DNA of 64,000 nucleotides. Origin: an uncultured Clostridia bacterium (lineage in GTDB: Bacteria > Bacillota > Clostridia > Christensenellales > CAG-314). The DNA lies in the NCBI GenBank assembly GCA_947628135.1, contig CANQYT010000010.1:151-64150 (forward strand), given 5' to 3'. A model generated the notes under the pieces. It was not told where the DNA came from, searched no databases, and saw only the letters and a list, made by a program, of their open reading frames with translations. Positions 1-7,345 of this stretch are shown here, one piece after another; position 1 is the first letter of the stretch, and every line of letters begins with the position of its first letter. The position numbers and the translations under genes are program-made.

Positions 1-101
1 ATGTTGAGTATTTTGCAAAATTACTGAAAAGCGAGATGATTGTTGCATAATCAAATCCTTTTCATAGGATTTGCTATGGAATAAAATTAAGGAGTCAGTA
101 T

Positions 102-716
102 ATGGCAGAAAAGGTGATTCGCTCACATAGAGCACGCGTCAAGCAGGCAAATGAAACGCTAAAGAACAATCCGCGATTTAAGCGTGAACGCATTTCGATT
201 ATCGACAGGGAAGCCTTTGTGGAATTTTTTCTTTTGGAGGATATTGTAAAATTATACAATATACGGCTAAGAGAGGAAAAAGCGTATATTCCTCGGGGAC
301 GTGCCGATGAAAAGGGGCGGCAGCAAAATATTGAAAAATTTTCCGCAATAATAGATGTTTTTAATGCGGCAATCGGTGCGGCAAGGTCCGCAATCAATTC
401 GGGAGATTACAAGCGCGTTTGGAAGGCGATTCACGAAGGTGCGCTGATGGCAACGGCTAATAGCGTCAGAAATTTGCCTGAATTGAAAAGGTTGGCAATA
501 GATTTGCTCAGAGAACTTTCTTCGGATATGACTTATTCTTTGGACGTGAGTCGGGAATTGGAGGAGGATCTCGATGATCTGGACGCTCACGAACAAAATG
601 TCCGTAAAGTCAAGAATCTTCCGCCGACAATGGATGAAATCGAAGAGGTCATCCGCGCGGCAGAAGCGGCAATACCGGACAGAAATAGAAACAGTAGAAT
701 AGATCCCAACACATAA
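102..716 (+). CDS. hypothetical alpha-helical protein (204 aa), basic N-half and acidic C-tail; possible second ESCRT-III-like subunit
   Basis: ORF with an AAGGAG RBS just upstream. First visible gene of a tightly packed same-strand operon. Same length and charge polarity as the adjacent Snf7-like ORF. Acidic helical tail EEDLDDLDAHEQNVRKVK...MDEIEEVIRAAEAA. No motif-level family match recognised. Confidence 0.6.
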   Translation: MAEKVIRSHRARVKQANETLKNNPRFKRERISIIDREAFVEFFLLEDIVKLYNIRLREEKAYIPRGRADEKGRQQNIEKFSAIIDVFNAAIGAARSAINSGDYKRVWKAIHEGALMATANSVRNLPELKRLAIDLLRELSSDMTYSLDVSRELEEDLDDLDAHEQNVRKVKNLPPTMDEIEEVIRAAEAAIPDRNRNSRIDPNT

Positions 717-731
717 AAAGGAGAGGTAACA

Positions 732-1346
732 ATGAGAAAAAAACAGACGAACGATGAGAAAATCATTTCTGCACTCGATGCATTGGACAAGTCCGTGCGA
801 AATCTTCAACAATTCGGAGCAAAATACGACCCATATATTGATGAGGCGGCTATCCGCGGCGACGACGCGCGGGCAAAACAACTCATAAAGCAAAAGATAC
901 GTATTTACGATCTTGTCGAACAACTAAAAACGCTCAAAAGTAACATCGAACTCGGCGCTTATACATCGTATGCGATTTCCGAACTCGGCAAGTTGCCTGC
1001 CGCGATTGCGGGGTGCAAGGGATTGCTGGCGGAGTCGCCGGATTTTTCAAAGTTGGGCAAGAGTATCACTTCGATATTTAAAGATATCGACAAGTCCGAA
1101 AGTGAGTTGGCAAAACTCAACGAAATACTCAATCCCAAACCTGCAGTAAGCATTCCAAGTCGATTGGACGGTGTCGCAGACGACGAAGCCTCAGATCAAT
1201 TCAAGGCAGAATATGCCGCTATGATCGAACGCGTCAAGGGCAAGGTCGCTCCCGAGGCGGTTGCAAAACCGAGCGGCACAGACGTAAACACAACGGGCGA
1301 CATCGACTATGCGGGCATTGTCGCCGAAGAAAACAAAAAGAAATAG
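732..1346 (+). CDS. Snf7/ESCRT-III-like protein (204 aa)
   Basis: GGAGAGG RBS. Length, basic N-terminal and acidic C-terminal polarity, and helical-hairpin pattern (AAIRGDDARAKQLIKQKIRIYDLVEQLKTLKSNIELGAYTSYAISELGKLPAAIAGCKGLL, then DFSKLGKSITSIFKDIDKSESELAKLNEIL) parallel the CHMP/Snf7 alpha1-alpha5 layout. Lies immediately upstream of a Vps4-like ATPase. Family call is by eye only. Confidence 0.55.
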   Translation: MRKKQTNDEKIISALDALDKSVRNLQQFGAKYDPYIDEAAIRGDDARAKQLIKQKIRIYDLVEQLKTLKSNIELGAYTSYAISELGKLPAAIAGCKGLLAESPDFSKLGKSITSIFKDIDKSESELAKLNEILNPKPAVSIPSRLDGVADDEASDQFKAEYAAMIERVKGKVAPEAVAKPSGTDVNTTGDIDYAGIVAEENKKK

Positions 1347-1352
1347 CGTACT

Positions 1353-2543
1353 ATGGCAGAAGCAAGTATGATCGGCATTTTTAATAGTAAGGTAAGCGCA
1401 TTTAACGAAGCCGTAAGTGCCGGTGATGTGGACGCTGTTTGTCAATTGGCTTCGGAAATGATCCAAATCTCCTTGGAACAGTGTGCCAATCCGAATGTCA
1501 GTACAACGCTCAAAGATACTTATCGTAAACAGTGCTTGGCAGTTACAAAGCATTTGGTACACTACGCAAAACGTACGCCCGTCGCTTCCTCCAATACGGG
1601 TGGTAGCGACGAGGGTTGCGCAGACCCCTACTATACTGAAAAAAATTGGTTCTCGGACGATGTGCCCAATCTGAATTTTACCAACATTATCGGAGTTCAG
1701 GATGTCAAGGACGCTTTTATGGTCGACGTCGTAGCCCCTCTGCGCTCTGAGTTTCAGGCAGTTTATCACAAATTCAGGGGCAATCAGCTTGGCACACAGA
1801 TTTTGTTGTACGGACCGCCCGGCACGGGAAAAACCCATATAGTCAAATGTCTTGCGGGTGCGCTTAATTGCAAAATCGCGGTAGTGCCCACAAGCGAAGT
1901 ATTGGCAAGTGTCGTTGGCGTGGCAGAGAAAAATATGCGAGACATTTTTGCGCAAGCCGAAAAACTCGATCGTTGCATAATTTTCTTTGACGAAATCGAC
2001 AGCATTTGTTCCGACCGAAGTAGCGATGATTCGCGGCACACCAAGTCGATACTTACCACAATGTTGACTTGTATGGACGGGTTTATGAAAACCAAAAAAC
2101 CCAACCAGTTGCGAATAATTGTTGCGGCGACCAACCTCCCTTGGAAGTTAGATGCGGCGCTAAAACGCGGCGGTCGGTTTGAAACTCAAATATATGTTCC
2201 GTTGCCGGACAAAGAGGCGCGCAAAAAATTTGTGGAACAGGATTTAACGCAAGTTCCTCACGCGTTGGATGTCACTGTGGAATATCTCGCAAACAAGTTG
2301 GAAGGTTACGCCGGTGCGGACATAAGGGCGGTAATGAAGCAAATTTCCAACGAGCCATTGCGTCGTGAAATATTGAACATAATGAAAACCGGCAAAGAAT
2401 GCGGCGAGATGGTTACGCTTGCCGACTGTGACAAAGTAATATCATCGTATATTAACGGCGTCAACAACGAGACGTTGCTGCGATTCAAAGCATACGATTT
2501 GGGTATTACATACGAGCAATTGCTTCAACAAATCAAGAGGTAA
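1353..2543 (+). CDS. Vps4/katanin-like (meiotic-clade) AAA ATPase with N-terminal MIT-like domain
   Basis: Walker A ILLYGPPGTGKTH and Walker B IIFFDEIDS. Second region of homology AATNLPWKLDAALKRGGRFETQIYVPLPD resembles Vps4 [27 protein letters not shown]. N-terminal about 75 aa is a three-helix pattern ending YRKQCLAVTKHLVHYAKR, like MIT helix 3 of Vps4. The pore-loop-1 position reads SVVGV, with no aromatic residue. Confidence 0.85.
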   Translation: MAEASMIGIFNSKVSAFNEAVSAGDVDAVCQLASEMIQISLEQCANPNVSTTLKDTYRKQCLAVTKHLVHYAKRTPVASSNTGGSDEGCADPYYTEKNWFSDDVPNLNFTNIIGVQDVKDAFMVDVVAPLRSEFQAVYHKFRGNQLGTQILLYGPPGTGKTHIVKCLAGALNCKIAVVPTSEVLASVVGVAEKNMRDIFAQAEKLDRCIIFFDEIDSICSDRSSDDSRHTKSILTTMLTCMDGFMKTKKPNQLRIIVAATNLPWKLDAALKRGGRFETQIYVPLPDKEARKKFVEQDLTQVPHALDVTVEYLANKLEGYAGADIRAVMKQISNEPLRREILNIMKTGKECGEMVTLADCDKVISSYINGVNNETLLRFKAYDLGITYEQLLQQIKR

Positions 2544-2549
2544 AACTAA

Positions 2550-3563
2550 TTGATCGATAAGGACAAAATTGCAACATACTACTCAAACGCACGGGAACTT
2601 GTTAAACAAAATAATCCCAAAGCGGCGAGGGCTTACGTTCTCGCCATTTTGAATTGTGCATTGGAAACATATCAAAAGGCAACTAAGATTTTGACAAAAG
2701 CCAAAACGCAAGCATTTTTGGACCAATGGATAAAAGTTTCTCGTGAACTTTACGACAAAGGTGTAACCGACTTTGTGTTAGGGTGTTTTGGTCTCCCCGT
2801 CAAGCAAGATTGTCAAGTTCCCAAAACAAAAGCCGATTCCGCGCAACAGCCGTCAAAATCTTCGTCGTCGCAAGGTAAGCCCGACACATCGTCGGTGGAT
2901 GAAGTAGACATTGCCGGTCTTGTTGAAGAGTGTGCAAAAACACAAGGTTGGTGTGCGGAGCAATTTGACAAGAACAAACGGGCTGTCGTGGAAATTTCCG
3001 CCTCCAACTCGCAAAAGAATTCGACCGGGACGGGATTTATCATATCGTCCAAAGGTTACTTGCTGACAAACGACCACATCGTATATGACGAAGACGCACA
3101 AGGTTACTATCCAAAAACCAAGATGTCACTTGCGGGAGGAAAAACCGTAAAGATCAACGTTCTGTTCTCCGACAAAAAGTCCGATGTGGCGCTTTGCAGT
3201 TTCGACCCCAATTCGGCGGGAAACTTCTCGGTGATCAAGCGAATCTCAGACTATTCTCGCGTGTTACAGGGAGCGGATTGCCTTGTGATAGGTAACGCTT
3301 TCGGTATGGGATTAGCGCCTTTTTCCGGTGTGGTTCGTTTTACAAAAAACGCCGAGGGAAATCTTGTGTATACTGCGCCGTCCAACCCCGGCGACTCCGG
3401 TGGTCCGGTATTGAACAGAAACGGCGAGTGCATAGGTATCAACAAGTCCAAGACGCTCACGGTGGACAATGTTTCGGCGGACGGCTACGTCAATGCAACG
3501 CCGATGGACAAAATTGAGGAGTTGCTGTACAAGTGGTGCGACGCAAACAACATTGAATTGTAA
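2550..3563 (+). CDS. cytoplasmic trypsin-like (S1/Trypsin_2) serine protease with N-terminal MIT-like helical domain
   Basis: TTG start with an AAGAGG RBS. Catalytic triad contexts: LLTNDHIV (His), SDVALCSF (Asp), GDSGGPVLNRNGECIGI (Ser). No signal peptide. N-terminal about 75 aa helical domain, then a Ser/Pro-rich linker carrying VDEVDIAGLVEE. Confidence 0.88.
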   Translation: MIDKDKIATYYSNARELVKQNNPKAARAYVLAILNCALETYQKATKILTKAKTQAFLDQWIKVSRELYDKGVTDFVLGCFGLPVKQDCQVPKTKADSAQQPSKSSSSQGKPDTSSVDEVDIAGLVEECAKTQGWCAEQFDKNKRAVVEISASNSQKNSTGTGFIISSKGYLLTNDHIVYDEDAQGYYPKTKMSLAGGKTVKINVLFSDKKSDVALCSFDPNSAGNFSVIKRISDYSRVLQGADCLVIGNAFGMGLAPFSGVVRFTKNAEGNLVYTAPSNPGDSGGPVLNRNGECIGINKSKTLTVDNVSADGYVNATPMDKIEELLYKWCDANNIEL

Positions 3564-3661
3564 AATAATTACTAAAATGGCATCAATCATAAAATTTCCC
3601 CGAAAGGTTCTTGGAGTAATTTGTTGTTTGGGTGAAAAATAAATATGGAGGGTAACTACAG

Positions 3662-4378
3662 ATGAAATATAGCATAAAAGAAGCAAAAGAAACAATTTTG
3701 TGTAATATTGATAGATTTCAGACAGATTCCAAGGAATTGTTACGAGTCGCTGTAAACTCACTCAATCGGTGTGGCGATGATTCGTCGCCTGTGTCAAGCA
3801 GATTAAACGACCTGTTGAACAATTTTTCAATCTTGGATGACTCCGGCAGGGAACGTTGGGCAGAAAATGTTTACATAGCTGTTGTTGCAATGAAGAGAAA
3901 AGATCTTTGCAAACAGGAAATCAAACAAAAGAATGGCAAAATAGATGGCGAGACGGCTCAGTGGATTACAACAGCGGTTCAAGGCGTGTTGGGGGTCGCG
4001 TCAGTTGTTTTTACGGTATTGTTTGCATTGGGTATTATCCCAAAAGATTCGTTTGGCGAATTGGGGGAAAATTCCGACGCATTTTATTATTTGATCGGAA
4101 CAATTTGTCAACAAGTTGTTGCATTTGTTATTGCGATTGTTATCGGTCTGTGGAATCGTTGTGTGATAAGAAAGAAATATGCCAACCAGACTTTCACATT
4201 TGAAGAACTTATGTCTGTCAAGTACGAAGGAAAACCCGTCAAATTTCTCATTCAACCGGTCACAAAGATGCTAAATGTAATGATTAGTATATTTAACTTT
4301 GGTGGTCAGACGATGGTAGTGGATAATCATGATGGCTCCAAGCCAACCGAATCGAATGAGGAGGAAAATAGCAGATGA
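3662..4378 (+). CDS. 2-TM membrane protein with N-terminal helical cytoplasmic domain (paralog of 11862-12647)
   Basis: GGAGGG RBS. Two hydrophobic helices (VLGVASVVFTVLFALGII and VVAFVIAIVIGLW). N-terminus MKYSIKEAKE and the WAENV motif are shared positionally with the 11862 ORF. Confidence 0.75.
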   Translation: MKYSIKEAKETILCNIDRFQTDSKELLRVAVNSLNRCGDDSSPVSSRLNDLLNNFSILDDSGRERWAENVYIAVVAMKRKDLCKQEIKQKNGKIDGETAQWITTAVQGVLGVASVVFTVLFALGIIPKDSFGELGENSDAFYYLIGTICQQVVAFVIAIVIGLWNRCVIRKKYANQTFTFEELMSVKYEGKPVKFLIQPVTKMLNVMISIFNFGGQTMVVDNHDGSKPTESNEEENSR

Positions 4379-6963
4379 CACAAAAAAAACAAACAAATAG
4401 AATATGGGCATTCGTCAATTTTGGAAGGCAGACAATTATAGATGGCGATTCGGCGTCGTTTTATAATTGTATGGAAGATATTCGTAAACAGTTGGCGCAA
4501 ATGGTGACCAAACAGGAGTTTCAGCAGTTTCAGAGTGCGATTAGTACACAACTTGGTAATTTACAACAAATTTGTAACAATATAAGTGACTTTAAACAAA
4601 AGAAAAAACTCGTTGATAAATTTGACGGAATGATACAATTGTTGCTTGAACAGAGTCAAGAGATACAAGCATGGACGCAACAAATCTCAAATATCAACGT
4701 GCAAAGTATGCTTGATGAGATTTCGGATGTTGCCACACAAGTCAAAGAGGAAATAAAAGACAAAAAAGAAAATCTTAAGAAACAGCAAACAAATCTTCAC
4801 AACGCAACCCAAAAAGCGCGTCCAAATAAAGAAGAGATTTTGCGTTATGCTGACATTGTACAGACCCAATCACCAGATGACTTTTTTGCAAAATTTTGTC
4901 AAGCACTTTACAGCGAAAATTATCGAGAGGCAATAGATTTTATAGATAAGATTGATGTTGAGCATCTCGAAAAAGATGTGTTAAAAGATACTCTCTGTTT
5001 TTTGATAAAGCTTATGCGCCGCGAATGGATTACACCTGCATCGGGGCTTATTGAACGTGCAAGTTTTGTTTTGGAAGATAATGAGGGTTCTTTTCGAGCT
5101 GCATATAGGACGCCATTTGAACAAAAAAAGAGACAAATTGACGAAAATGTTTACGGTATTCCGACGGGGCCATTTGTGTTTGTCGCTTATAATAGTGAAA
5201 ACGTTGTCCAGGTGTCGGAACTTGTTACATTTCTTGAAGAAACACCGGGCATCAAATGTTTTGTCGCTTTTAGAAATGTTGAGAATGGACTTGATAGCGG
5301 AGAATATATAGATAAACTTCACAAGGCGATGGAAAATTGCTCAATCTTTGTACTTTATTCGACATATAAGTCTCGCAACCAGGGCGGCTCCCTTGAAGAA
5401 ATGGAGTATATAATGAATGAAGATTACCATCGTGCTACACTAGCAGGAGAGCCCAAATATGACGCAAGAAGAGTCTACAGTGATCTTCCTGATGATTACA
5501 AAAAGCCCCGAGTGGAGTTTGTGCGGGAGACAAGACAATTAAATGAAAGAGACACCATTGCCGACAAGTTTTTTGGTACGACAACTCGTAGAACTGGAAG
5601 AGAGGAGTTGAAAAAAAGAATTCTTGAATTACTTCAGAACGAAAATCGCGACGATGCATCTACTCCGGAGCAAAGCGTGAAAGAAGCCCGTAAACCTACC
5701 GGAGATACGCACAAACACACCCCCAAACATTCGGCAAAACCCATAGTAGACAAAAAAAACAATGAGACTACGCAAAGCAAGTCTGATATAAATTCCTACG
5801 GCGAGCAAAAAAAAGAATCAGATTACAACAAGGAAGATGCCGAGAAAACGAGGATGAATCTGCTCTGCAAAAAAGCATTACGTGTTCTGTTGGAAAGAAA
5901 CGACGGCAAAGCTTCCATCGCGTCGATACAGCGCAATCTCGGAATAGGTTTCAACCGTGCGGGACGAATAATGGACACTTTACAGCGTTTGGGTTACGTA
6001 GAAACGCTTTCCCCAAGCGACCCGAGTTCCAAACCCTTGAAAGTGCTCATCACCCTAGAGGAGTTGGACGAACTGTTCCCTGATTTGAAAACGCAAGCAG
6101 TTGACCCCCCTATCCGATATACAATTACGTATTCCAATGTTAAAGGGGCAGCAAATTTCAATCCGACAGGTTACACAGTCAAAGATTTGCCCCTTGACGT
6201 CAAACCCATTGCAAAAGACGGCTATTCTTTTGTTGGTTGGTATGTTGATGAGGCTATGACAAAGGGTGTCACTCGACTTACGGAACAAGGCGACTATGTT
6301 TTGTATGCTAAGTGGATAAGACGGGTTGAACCAACCGACGAATTTTCAGAAGAAGCAAGGAAATACGTGTTGGGTTACACATCCGATGATATAGTGGACG
6401 GGTGTCTCTTATTCACCCCGAAGGCGGCTGGTAAAAGTTATGAGGTGCTAAAGTTACACAAGAGTGTGGAAAAATTGATTATTCCAAGGCAATTTGATGG
6501 ACTTCCGATAACAAGCATAGGCGAGAGGGCTTTCGATGGTTGTAGTAATTTGAAAGAAATAACTATTCCGAGCAGTGTCACAAGTATAGGCGAGTTGGCA
6601 TTCAGGGATTGCACCAATTTACAAACAGTGACTTTTGAGGACGACAGTAAACTACAAAGCATAGGCGATCTCGCTTTTAGCGGTTGTCACAATTTGCAAA
6701 CAGTTTATTATGGCGGGAGTAAGTACCAGTGGAAGAAAATTAAAATAGATTACAATGTTTCGATGTCGCCAAAGGTCAGACGCTATTACTTTTTTCATTA
6801 TTGGATCAAGTACCAGCGAAAGATACTTAGAGTATGTTACAGCAATTTTGCGTTGAAAAAAGCTAACCGCTATTATTATAGCGGGGAATTTCCGAAACGG
6901 AGCAAACGGTCTTTCTATTGGCATTGGGATGAAACAAAAACGCATCCGGTCATTTGGCAATAA
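4375..6963 (+). CDS. multidomain protein: coiled coil, TIR-like domain, FtsK-gamma winged helix, Listeria/Bacteroides (Flg_new) repeat, BspA-type LRR (LRR_5)
   Basis: ATGA overlap with the upstream gene and a GAGGAGG RBS. TIR-like block FVFVAYNSENVVQVSELVTFLEETPGIKCFVAFRNVENG...IFVLYSTYKSRNQGGSLEEMEY. FtsK-gamma signature SIASIQRNLGIGFNRAGRIMDTLQRLGYVE. Flg_new-like YTITYSNVKGA...GYSFVGWYVDEAMTKGV...YAKW. LRR_5 units IPSSVTSIGELAFRDCTNLQTV. No signal peptide or TM segment. Confidence 0.8.
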   Translation: MTQKKQTNRIWAFVNFGRQTIIDGDSASFYNCMEDIRKQLAQMVTKQEFQQFQSAISTQLGNLQQICNNISDFKQKKKLVDKFDGMIQLLLEQSQEIQAWTQQISNINVQSMLDEISDVATQVKEEIKDKKENLKKQQTNLHNATQKARPNKEEILRYADIVQTQSPDDFFAKFCQALYSENYREAIDFIDKIDVEHLEKDVLKDTLCFLIKLMRREWITPASGLIERASFVLEDNEGSFRAAYRTPFEQKKRQIDENVYGIPTGPFVFVAYNSENVVQVSELVTFLEETPGIKCFVAFRNVENGLDSGEYIDKLHKAMENCSIFVLYSTYKSRNQGGSLEEMEYIMNEDYHRATLAGEPKYDARRVYSDLPDDYKKPRVEFVRETRQLNERDTIADKFFGTTTRRTGREELKKRILELLQNENRDDASTPEQSVKEARKPTGDTHKHTPKHSAKPIVDKKNNETTQSKSDINSYGEQKKESDYNKEDAEKTRMNLLCKKALRVLLERNDGKASIASIQRNLGIGFNRAGRIMDTLQRLGYVETLSPSDPSSKPLKVLITLEELDELFPDLKTQAVDPPIRYTITYSNVKGAANFNPTGYTVKDLPLDVKPIAKDGYSFVGWYVDEAMTKGVTRLTEQGDYVLYAKWIRRVEPTDEFSEEARKYVLGYTSDDIVDGCLLFTPKAAGKSYEVLKLHKSVEKLIIPRQFDGLPITSIGERAFDGCSNLKEITIPSSVTSIGELAFRDCTNLQTVTFEDDSKLQSIGDLAFSGCHNLQTVYYGGSKYQWKKIKIDYNVSMSPKVRRYYFFHYWIKYQRKILRVCYSNFALKKANRYYYSGEFPKRSKRSFYWHWDETKTHPVIWQ

Positions 6964-6999
6964 GTGGAATATAGGTGATAAATTACGAAGAAGCAAAAA

Positions 7000-7307
7000 A
7001 TGACATTTGCAGATGAATTTCGTGAGAAGTATAGATTGGCGCTTCGGGCGGCGAGAGCAAACGATCGTGAGGCGACGCTTGCGGGATTGAAAGATTTGTA
7101 CGAACTTTTTGCTGCGCAGTACGCACTAAAAACGGCGACTCCGGTGGTCCGGCATTGAACAGAAACGGCGAGTGCATAGGTATCAACAAGTCCAAGACGT
7201 TCACGGTGGACAATGTTTCGGCAGACGGCTACGTCAATGCAACGCCGATGGACAAAATTGAAGAGCTGTTGAACAAGTGGTGCAAAAGCAATAATATTGA
7301 ATTGTAA
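7000..7307 (+). pseudogene. chimeric gene remnant: 5' end of the RuvB-like gene fused to the 3' end of the protease gene, frameshifted
   Basis: 7000-7139 is a near-identical copy of 10330-10470. 7134-7307 is a near-identical copy of 3390-3563. The junction is at a shared in-frame GGCGAC (Gly-Asp) hexamer. A 1-nt deletion just 5' of the junction (cttaacaacgg versus ctaaaaacgg) gives a TGA after 52 codons. No good RBS. Confidence 0.75.
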
Positions 7308-7345
7308 ATCTTGAAAGCGATATTACAACAAAAGGAAAACAAGTT

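Noticed and set aside
1-101. Hairpin CAAATCC-ttttcata-GGATTTG near the window start as a terminator of an upstream gene
   Set aside because: The stem is short and is not followed by a T-run. The upstream context is cut off, so it cannot be supported.
102-716. Calling the first ORF a definite ESCRT-III protein
   Set aside because: Only size, charge polarity and position support this call. I could not align its helices convincingly to Snf7/CHMP by eye, so it is kept as 'possible' only.
3251-7213. Recurrent small antisense ORFs beginning MSTV(S/N)VLDLLIPMHSPFLFN (3251-3469 and 6983-7213), and the related 10256-10456 ORF
   Set aside because: They recur only because the underlying DNA is duplicated (the protease 3' end and the RuvB-like 5' end). 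They lie antisense to well-supported genes or relics and have no RBS.
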